Source of the DNA: Ignavibacteriae bacterium HGW-Ignavibacteriae-1
Lineage (GTDB): Bacteria; Bacteroidota; Ignavibacteria; Kapaibacteriales; UBA2268
DNA length: 64,000 nt
Assembly (NCBI GenBank): GCA_002839825.1
Contig: PGYU01000002.1
Span: 69,962-133,961 of the forward strand
Reading direction: 5' to 3'
A model generated the notes under the pieces. That model was given only the letters and a program-made list of their open reading frames with translations. It did not search any database and was not told the origin of the DNA. Each line of letters begins with the position of its first letter. Position 1 is the stretch's first letter. Made by a program: the position numbers and the translations under genes. Below are positions 57,507 to 64,000 of this stretch, piece by piece.

Positions 57507-58851
57507 ATTCATACAATCAATTCAGAACATCTTTAAAATCGAAGAGTTAAGAGATAGAATTCTCTTTACTCTTGGGATTTTAGTTGTGGTGAGAATAGGT
57601 GCTCACATCACGCTTCCGGGCGTTGATGTTGCAGCCCTAAAGATGTCAATCGCAAATTCGGATTCTAATACTTTATTCGGATTGTTTGACCTCTTTGTTG
57701 GTGGTGCATTTTCTAATGCCGCAATATTTGCTTTAGGGATTATGCCCTACATCACTTCATCTATTATATTCCAATTGGCTGGTGTAGTTATTCCCGAAAT
57801 CCAAAAAATTCAGAAAGAAGGTGAAGACGGTAGAAGAAAAATTACACAATACACACGTATTTTGACTGTATTTATAGCATTGTTGCAAGGCTGGGGGATA
57901 GCAGTAAAACTTTCCTACCAACAAGCCGGGGCGGGATTGCCCGTCGTGCCTGATGCCGGAACTTTGTTCTTTATCTCTACAATGGTGCTTTTATCCGGTG
58001 GCACAATATTTATGATGTGGCTTGGTGAGCAAATTACCGAACGTGGTATTGGTAACGGTATTTCGTTAATTATCATGATTGGTATTATCGCTCAATTGCC
58101 TGCTGCTTTGATGAATGAATGGAGTTTGATTTGGGCAGGATCACGTTTGTGGCCAGTTGAATTGGTTGTTATTGCTCTTTTGCTTGGTATTATTGCATCT
58201 ATTGTATTGATGACCCAAGGTGCTCGGCGAATACCTGTGCAATATGCTAAAAGACAAATCGGTAAAAAAGTTTTCGGAGGTACTACTCAGTATATTCCTC
58301 TCAGAATTAATACCGCAGGTGTCATGCCTATCATCTTTGCTCAATCATTGATGTTCATCCCGAATACTATTGCAAGCTTTTTCCCGGAAAGTTCGTTCTT
58401 CTTGACAGTTTCAAGATTGTTCGACTTCCAATCATATTTCTATGCAGCAGTATTCTTCACTATGATTGTGTTCTTTACATATTTCTATACGGCGATAATT
58501 TTCAATCCGAAAGATATTGCCGATAACATGAAAAAACAAGGTGGTTTTATTCCTGGTATCAGACCGGGCAATAATACATCAGAATATATCGAAACGGTGC
58601 TTACTCGTATTACATTACCCGGGTCGCTCTTTTTGGGATTGGTTGCTATTATTCCGACATTTGTATCCAATTTCTTTAACGTCAACCCCTTATTCGCATC
58701 GTTTTTCGGAGGCACGAGCTTGTTGATTATCGTAGGTGTCGCGCTTGATACCTTGCAACAAATCGAATCTCATTTGCTAATGCGTCATTATGACGGGTTT
58801 ATGAAGAGTGGGAAAATCAGAGGTAGAGCCGGCAGTGTTGGCGGATTCTAA
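57499..58851 (+). CDS. secY: Preprotein translocase subunit SecY
   Basis: 450 aa with 10 TM helices. Contains LGIMPYITSSIIFQL, WLGEQITERGIGNGISLII and GGFIPGIRPG. Overlaps rplO by 8 nt. Confidence 0.97.
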   Translation: MSKFIQSIQNIFKIEELRDRILFTLGILVVVRIGAHITLPGVDVAALKMSIANSDSNTLFGLFDLFVGGAFSNAAIFALGIMPYITSSIIFQLAGVVIPEIQKIQKEGEDGRRKITQYTRILTVFIALLQGWGIAVKLSYQQAGAGLPVVPDAGTLFFISTMVLLSGGTIFMMWLGEQITERGIGNGISLIIMIGIIAQLPAALMNEWSLIWAGSRLWPVELVVIALLLGIIASIVLMTQGARRIPVQYAKRQIGKKVFGGTTQYIPLRINTAGVMPIIFAQSLMFIPNTIASFFPESSFFLTVSRLFDFQSYFYAAVFFTMIVFFTYFYTAIIFNPKDIADNMKKQGGFIPGIRPGNNTSEYIETVLTRITLPGSLFLGLVAIIPTFVSNFFNVNPLFASFFGGTSLLIIVGVALDTLQQIESHLLMRHYDGFMKSGKIRGRAGSVGGF

Positions 58852-58863
58852 TCATTGACAATT

Positions 58864-59664
58864 ATGCAGAATTTCAGGATACCAAAGGGAGCAATTAAAC
58901 AGGCTGACGAAATACGCAAAATCGAAGAATCTTGCAGAATTGTCGCCGATACTTTGAGCTTAGTCGAAAAGTATGTTGTTCCCGGAGTCGAGACTATCGA
59001 ACTTGACAAAATTGCAGAAGATTATATCCGAAGCAAAGGCGGCATCCCGGCATTCAAAGGTTACGGACCTTCAAACAATCCGTTTCCGAATTCTTTGTGT
59101 ATCTCGGTTAACGAGGTAATTATTCACGGAATTCCCGGAAATAGAAAGTTGAAAGATGGAGATATTGTCTCCGTAGATTGCGGAGTGTTGAAAAACGAAT
59201 ATTACGGTGATAGTGCTACTACGTTTTCTGTAGGCTTATTGAGCAAGGAAGATGAAGAATTGTTGGAAACAACTCAAAATGCACTTGAAATAGGTATCGC
59301 AAATGCTGTTCATCAAAATAAAGTTTATGATATAGCAGGCTCGATACAAAGCTATGTAGAATCGAAAGGTTACAGTCTGACAAGGGAGTTTACAGGGCAC
59401 GGATTGGGGAAAAGTTTACACGAATATCCATCTGTCCCGAATTTTGTACCGCCCTTGTTGCAACGAAAATCCATGCCAAATGCAACATTGTTGAATAACA
59501 TGGTAATAGCAATCGAACCTATGGTACACATTGGCAACAAAGCAATTGATGTATTAAAAGACGGTTGGACAGTAGTGACAAAAGACAGGAAAAAAGCAGC
59601 TCATTTTGAGCACACGGTTATGATAGATGGCAATAAAGCTGTTATATTCACATTAAGAAGTTAA
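58864..59664 (+). CDS. map: Type I methionine aminopeptidase
   Basis: Contains VIIHGIPG...[24 protein letters not shown]...HE.P, IEPM and HFEHTV. I prefer the ATG at 58864. Confidence 0.95.
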   Translation: MQNFRIPKGAIKQADEIRKIEESCRIVADTLSLVEKYVVPGVETIELDKIAEDYIRSKGGIPAFKGYGPSNNPFPNSLCISVNEVIIHGIPGNRKLKDGDIVSVDCGVLKNEYYGDSATTFSVGLLSKEDEELLETTQNALEIGIANAVHQNKVYDIAGSIQSYVESKGYSLTREFTGHGLGKSLHEYPSVPNFVPPLLQRKSMPNATLLNNMVIAIEPMVHIGNKAIDVLKDGWTVVTKDRKKAAHFEHTVMIDGNKAVIFTLRS

Positions 59665-59671
59665 TTATTTT

Positions 59672-59890
59672 ATGGCAAAGCAAGATTTAATAAGAGTTGA
59701 CGGAGTTATAGACGAGACATTACCAAACACACAGTTTGTAGTCAAACTGGAAAATGGTCACAAGGTCTTGGCTCATATTTCCGGCAAAATGAGAATGAAC
59801 TTTATAAAAATCTTGCAAGGTGATAAGGTTACAGTAGAACTTTCGCCTTACGATTTGTCCAAAGGTAGAATTGTTTACAGATATAAGTAA
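59672..59890 (+). CDS. infA: Translation initiation factor IF-1
   Basis: Contains [59 protein letters not shown]. Confidence 0.98.
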   Translation: MAKQDLIRVDGVIDETLPNTQFVVKLENGHKVLAHISGKMRMNFIKILQGDKVTVELSPYDLSKGRIVYRYK

Positions 59891-59901
59891 AGAGGTTTGA
59901 G

Positions 59902-60018
59902 ATGAAAGTACAAGCATCAGTAAAATTAAGGCACCCCGACGACAAGATAGTACGTCGCAAGGGCAGGGTTTATGTAATTAACAAAAAGAACCCAAGATAT
60001 AAACAAAGACAAGGTTAA
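59902..60018 (+). CDS. rpmJ: 50S ribosomal protein L36 (Cys-less form; below the ORF-track length cutoff)
   Basis: My own translation is [38 protein letters not shown]. It sits in the canonical position between infA and rpsM. Confidence 0.93.
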   Translation: MKVQASVKLRHPDDKIVRRKGRVYVINKKNPRYKQRQG

Positions 60019-60035
60019 AATTTAGGAGTGATGTT

Positions 60036-60410
60036 GTGGCTCGTATAGCTGGTATTGATTTGCCAAAAAATAAGAAAGGATTTGTAGGGCTGACTTATAT
60101 TTTCGGAGTAGGTCCCACTACAAGTAAGAAAGTTTTGACCGAAGCCGGTATAGATTTCGACAAAAGGGTTTCGGATTGGACAGACGATGAAGTCGCCCGT
60201 CTCAGATTGGTGCTTGATAACTTCAAAACTGAAGGTCAACTAAGGTCTGAAATTCAGATGAACATCAAGAGATTGATGGACATCGGTTGCTATCGCGGTC
60301 TTCGTCATCGCAGAGGCTTACCCGTAAGAGGTCAGCGTACTAGAACTAATGCTCGTACCCGTAAGGGACGTAAGAAAACTGTAGCCGGAAAGAAGAAAGC
60401 TACTAAATAA
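60036..60410 (+). CDS. rpsM: 30S ribosomal protein S13
   Basis: Contains [12 protein letters not shown] and [32 protein letters not shown] start. Confidence 0.97.
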   Translation: MARIAGIDLPKNKKGFVGLTYIFGVGPTTSKKVLTEAGIDFDKRVSDWTDDEVARLRLVLDNFKTEGQLRSEIQMNIKRLMDIGCYRGLRHRRGLPVRGQRTRTNARTRKGRKKTVAGKKKATK

Positions 60411-60450
60411 TAAATAAATAAGTAATTAATTATTATTACAGGTATTTACT

Positions 60451-60831
60451 GTGGCAAAAAAGAAAATTAAGAAAAAGACGGTTTCCGACGTACACGGGAA
60501 AGCATTCATCAGAGCTACGTTTAATAACGTACAGGTGACTATTACCGATATGTACGGCAATGCACTTTGCTGGTCAACTGCAGGTAAAAACGGTTTCAGA
60601 GGCTCCAAGAAAAACACGCCCTATGCGGCTCAAGTTTCAGCCGAAAAGTCGGCTAAGGACGCTTTTGATATGGGATTACGCAAAGTTGATGTGTTTGTCA
60701 AAGGTCCCGGTTCGGGTCGTGAAGCTGCAATTAGAGCTTTATCACAAGCCGGCCTTGAGATTCATACCATCATTGACAAAACACCGATTCCGCATAATGG
60801 ATGTCGTCCGCCTAAGCGACGTAGAGTTTAA
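60451..60831 (+). CDS. rpsK: 30S ribosomal protein S11
   Basis: Contains [34 protein letters not shown] and [19 protein letters not shown] start. Confidence 0.97.
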   Translation: MAKKKIKKKTVSDVHGKAFIRATFNNVQVTITDMYGNALCWSTAGKNGFRGSKKNTPYAAQVSAEKSAKDAFDMGLRKVDVFVKGPGSGREAAIRALSQAGLEIHTIIDKTPIPHNGCRPPKRRRV

Positions 60832-60880
60832 TTTCTCTCTTAGGTATTAAAAATTTGTTGAAAAAAAGATATAATAATTT

Positions 60881-61897
60881 ATGAATACTCAGATGCAAAT
60901 GCCCGAGAGGGTAATAATCGAAGAGACATCTTCGGAATATCACGGCAGATTTATACTTCAGCCGTTAGAACCCGGCTACGGAGTGACTATTGGTAATTCG
61001 CTCAGACGAATTCTTTTGTCATCAATTCCGGGGCTTGCAATCACTGGAGTTAAAATTTCCGACGTGCTGCACGAATTCCAAACTATAAACGGTGTAGTCG
61101 AAGATTTGTCGCAAATAATTTTGAATCTTAAAGAAGTCCGTATGAGGGCTGAAGATAAGAAATTAACGAAGGTGAATTTACAATTTAAAGGTCCGGGAAC
61201 ATGGACTGCAAAAGATATTCAAGATGCAGCGCCAATACTCGAAGTAATGAACCCCGACCATCATATTTGCACTATCGCCGATGACGGAGAGTTTGACGTT
61301 GAGCTCAGACTTGGCAGAGGCAAAGGATACGTTCCCGCTGACGAGCAAGTAATCACCGATTATCCGCTTGGAATGTTGCCCTTAGACAGTATTTACACTC
61401 CTATTCAAAATGTGATTTACACAATTGAACCTTATCGCGTTGGTCAACGTACCGACTACGACAAATTGATTATGGACGTCAGAACTGATGGTACTATCAC
61501 TGCTCAAGAAGCAGTTCACTTGTCTGCAAAAATTATGCAAGACCACGTTAAGTATTTCATTAATATCGAAACTACTGAAGAAGAACCACCATCGGTCGAA
61601 TCACAAGAAGAAGAATTGAAGAATCAAGAGCGCAACAAAATTAGAAAAATCCTTTTGACTCCTGTGGATGAACTCGAACTTTCAGTTCGTGCTCACAATT
61701 GCTTGAAAGCAGCAAACATTAAGACTTTAGCTGAATTGGTTCAGCTCCAAGAATCAGAATTGCTCAAATTCCGTAACTTCGGTAGAAAATCTTTGGCTGA
61801 ATTAGCCGAAGTTGTTCTGAACAGCGGATTAGAATTTGGCATGAGCGTTGAGCAATACCTGAAAGAGGACGTAAAACCAATCATTAACCTTGATTAG
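60881..61897 (+). CDS. rpoA: DNA-directed RNA polymerase subunit alpha
   Basis: Contains GRFILQPLEPGYGVTIGNSLRRILLSSIPG and the CTD ELELSVRAHNCLKAANIKTLAELV...LLKFRNFGRKSL.E. Confidence 0.97.
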   Translation: MNTQMQMPERVIIEETSSEYHGRFILQPLEPGYGVTIGNSLRRILLSSIPGLAITGVKISDVLHEFQTINGVVEDLSQIILNLKEVRMRAEDKKLTKVNLQFKGPGTWTAKDIQDAAPILEVMNPDHHICTIADDGEFDVELRLGRGKGYVPADEQVITDYPLGMLPLDSIYTPIQNVIYTIEPYRVGQRTDYDKLIMDVRTDGTITAQEAVHLSAKIMQDHVKYFINIETTEEEPPSVESQEEELKNQERNKIRKILLTPVDELELSVRAHNCLKAANIKTLAELVQLQESELLKFRNFGRKSLAELAEVVLNSGLEFGMSVEQYLKEDVKPIINLD

Positions 61898-61929
61898 AAA
61901 TATATAAAATTAATTGATAGAGAAAAGAT

Positions 61930-62679
61930 ATGAGACACCAAGTATCGGGCAGAAAACTCAATAGGACCAGCAGTCACAGAAAGGCACTGCTTCACAATTT
62001 GGCTACTGCTCTTTTCGAACATAAAAAAGTTCATACCACCGAAGCTAAAGCTAAGGAATTAAGACCATTTGCCGAAAGACTTATTACCAAAGCTGTTCAC
62101 GCTTTACAAAATGAGCAACAAGGCAATTTGCACGAAGGTCAAACCGTTGATGTTCACAACAGAAGAGTCGTTGGCAAATTTATTCGTAACAAAGCTGTTT
62201 TGCAAGAATTATTCGATAGTATTGCTCCGGCAATTGGTACTCGCAACGGCGGATATACCAGAATAATCAAAACAGGCATTCGCCGAGGCGACGCAGCAAG
62301 AACTGCAATCATTGAATTGGTTGATTTCTCAACTCCTCAAGACGGCGCTTTCTCATTTTCAAAGAAAAAGAAAGTAACCGGTACTGCTAAACCTGCAGCG
62401 AAAGCTAAGACTAAAGTTGTAGCTCCTGTAGCTAAAACTGAAGAAGTCGCGCCTGTTGCAGTTGCAGAAGAGCCAATCATAGTCGCCGAAGAAGTTGCTG
62501 CTGCCGAAGAAACAGTAGTTACCGAAGAAGCTGTTGCAGTCGAAGAAACAGTGGTAAATGAAGAACCAACTGCTGAAGTAGTTGCTGAAGAAGCTCCTGC
62601 TGCCGAAACTGAAGCTCCTAAAGAGGAAGCTAAGACTGACGATGAAGCTCCAAGCGAAGACGAAGCTAAGAAAGATTAG
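61930..62679 (+). CDS. rplQ: 50S ribosomal protein L17 with about 120-aa Ala/Glu/Val-rich C-terminal tail
   Basis: The core is MRHQVSGRKLNRTSSHRKALLHNLATALFEHKKVHTTEAKAKELRPFAERLIT...GGYTRI.K...RRGD.A. The tail is KPAAKAKTK...EEVAAAEETVVTEEAVAVEE...EDEAKKD. Confidence 0.95.
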   Translation: MRHQVSGRKLNRTSSHRKALLHNLATALFEHKKVHTTEAKAKELRPFAERLITKAVHALQNEQQGNLHEGQTVDVHNRRVVGKFIRNKAVLQELFDSIAPAIGTRNGGYTRIIKTGIRRGDAARTAIIELVDFSTPQDGAFSFSKKKKVTGTAKPAAKAKTKVVAPVAKTEEVAPVAVAEEPIIVAEEVAAAEETVVTEEAVAVEETVVNEEPTAEVVAEEAPAAETEAPKEEAKTDDEAPSEDEAKKD

Positions 62680-62705
62680 AACATTCTGTTGAATAAATTA
62701 TAAGG

Positions 62706-62739
62706 GACTTTCTATTTCAGAAATGGAAAGTCTTTTTTT
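62706..62739 (+). terminator. Rho-independent terminator of the ribosomal superoperon
   Basis: GACTTTCTATTT-CAG-AAATGGAAAGTC forms a 12-bp stem including one G-U pair. It is followed by TTTTTTT, which runs directly into the ATG at 62740. Confidence 0.8.
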
Positions 62740-63444
62740 ATGTTATTGACTTCAAAAAATATAAGCAAATCATTCAAACTTAAGGCAGATTCGAGCATAG
62801 ATGTGCTACGTGGCTTAGATTTTGACGTGGCTAAAGGCGAATCTGTTGCTCTGATGGGACCATCAGGTGCAGGGAAAAGCACATTGCTGTACATACTCGG
62901 AGCTTTGGATAAACCTGATTCCGGGAGCATCAATTATTTTTCCGATTCGGGTGTGACCGATATTCTAGCGATGAACGATGATAAATTGTCAAATTTTCGG
63001 AACAAATTTATCGGATTCATTTTCCAATTCCACCACCTTCTACCCGAATTTACCACACTCGAAAATGTGATGATTCCGGGCATAATTGCCGGAAATAATC
63101 GCAAAAAAGTTAAAGCAAGAGCTATTGAATTATTAGAAAAAGTCTCTATGCAACATCGCTTGGAACACAAGCCTTCGGAACTTTCCGGCGGCGAACAACA
63201 ACGCGTTGCAATAGCAAGAGCTTTGATTAATAATCCGGTGGTAATGCTTGCTGACGAGCCGACAGGGAATCTTGATTCTGCCAATTCGGTTGCCGTCCTT
63301 GATTTGCTCACCCAAATCAGGCAAGAATACAAGCTAACTATGATAATCGCTACTCACAGCCGCGAAGTAGCAAGTTTTGCCGATAGAGTTTGTACTATGG
63401 GCGATGGCATCATCGTGGACGAGCATCGTAATTCTGCAATTTGA
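62740..63444 (+). CDS. ABC transporter ATP-binding protein, LolD/MacB-ATPase-like
   Basis: Walker A GPSGAGKST, signature LSGGEQQRVAIARAL, Walker B VMLADEPTGNLD and IFQFHHLLPEFT.LENV. Confidence 0.88.
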   Translation: MLLTSKNISKSFKLKADSSIDVLRGLDFDVAKGESVALMGPSGAGKSTLLYILGALDKPDSGSINYFSDSGVTDILAMNDDKLSNFRNKFIGFIFQFHHLLPEFTTLENVMIPGIIAGNNRKKVKARAIELLEKVSMQHRLEHKPSELSGGEQQRVAIARALINNPVVMLADEPTGNLDSANSVAVLDLLTQIRQEYKLTMIIATHSREVASFADRVCTMGDGIIVDEHRNSAI

Positions 63445-63988
63445 GGGATTTTCTGAATATAATGTTATCAACGTATCTCACGATGTAAGTCACGATTAGC
63501 GCAACGATAGAACCAAAAGCAGCACCTGCCAAAACGTCCATCGGATAGTGAACACCGACATATACACGCGAAATTGCCATTAGCGAAGCAACTAAAAATA
63601 AGATAAAAGCCTCGCGACGAAAGAATGAAACCAATACTACAGCCGCTGCAAAATTATTTGCGGCATGAGAAGATGGCATTGATTTGCCGCCACCGCATGG
63701 CATTAGGAGTCTTACATCATCTAAAACGTGACAGGGACGTATTCTTCCGATCATTTCCTTAATGTATGAACTGTTAATTTGGTCGGTAGCGATAATGGTG
63801 AGAATGAGAGCAACCGCTGCAACTCGTCCGGCTCTGCCTGCTCTGAAAAAGAGTATGTAAAAGCCTAACAAATACAGTAACACCCAGCTATCTACTTGGG
63901 TAATGAAAGGCATCATTTTATCGAAAATAGGATTTGCCCATCCATGATTGATTGCATAAAAAAGCCACTCGTCAATTTGTTGAAACAT
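63410..63988 (-). CDS. PAP2-family phosphatase (undecaprenyl-diphosphatase / lipid phosphatase-like)
   Basis: Has the three PAP2 motifs KEMIGRIRP, PSSHA and SRVYVGVHYPMDV, plus 5-6 TM segments. Confidence 0.85.
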   Translation of the reverse strand: MFQQIDEWLFYAINHGWANPIFDKMMPFITQVDSWVLLYLLGFYILFFRAGRAGRVAAVALILTIIATDQINSSYIKEMIGRIRPCHVLDDVRLLMPCGGGKSMPSSHAANNFAAAVVLVSFFRREAFILFLVASLMAISRVYVGVHYPMDVLAGAAFGSIVALIVTYIVRYVDNIIFRKSLKLQNYDARPR

Positions 63989-64000
63989 TTATTTTTAATG

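Noticed and set aside
59902-60018. Cys-less L36 as a sign of zinc-sparing paralogue replacement
   Set aside because: All four Zn ligands are indeed absent (…[10 protein letters not shown]…[13 protein letters not shown]). However, my recollection is that FCB-group L36 proteins are generally of this Cys-less type. The gene also sits in the normal operon slot, so it is probably a lineage trait and not an adaptation.

Overview
AT-rich chromosomal window, most likely from the Bacteroidota/Ignavibacteriota/Chlorobiota (FCB) group. Four secreted proteins end in T9SS sorting domains. Two promoters fit TTTG-N19-TAnnTTTG, yet many genes carry AGGAG Shine-Dalgarno motifs. No rRNA, tRNA, CRISPR array, transposase or integrase was found.

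Layout:
- 0-4 kb: partial GT39 membrane glycosyltransferase, then a split phenylacetyl-CoA epoxidase set (paaDCB on the minus strand, diverging from paaA).
- 4-6.2 kb: accessory islet with REP-like hairpins, a Cys-rich 159-aa protein and two convergent hicAB toxin-antitoxin modules.
- 6.2-13.6 kb: one tightly packed minus-strand gene string: FliW-like remnant, response regulator, tandem-HD protein, biotin carboxylase, BCCP, 71-aa ORF, FAD oxidase, carboxyltransferase.
- 13.8-33.3 kb: envelope and secretion genes (lnt, a 1142-aa BNR/NHL T9SS protein, a two-paralogue T9SS cargo plus beta-barrel operon, mlaE, a binding protein, trmB, rlmB, DUF4349, YfhO-like, a second BNR T9SS protein), ending in a repeat-rich spacer.
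- 33.3-39.6 kb: heavy-metal RND efflux operon preceded by a small His-rich protein.
- 39.6-41.3 kb: an atypical RecQ.
- 41.5-62.7 kb: str-S10-spc-alpha ribosomal superoperon, with two different EF-G paralogues and no rpsD or adk.
- 62.7-64 kb: LolD-like ATPase and a PAP2 phosphatase.

Most interesting observations:
- Two perfect palindromes lie in-frame inside a T9SS sorting domain.
- An uncharacterised operon encodes two gingipain-like T9SS cargo paralogues plus a 302-aa outer-membrane barrel.
- The EF-G1-type and EF-G2-type pair flanks rpsL-rpsG.
- A 48-aa FliW remnant is translationally coupled to a response regulator.

All family assignments come from reading the translated ORFs by eye. 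No database search was run.
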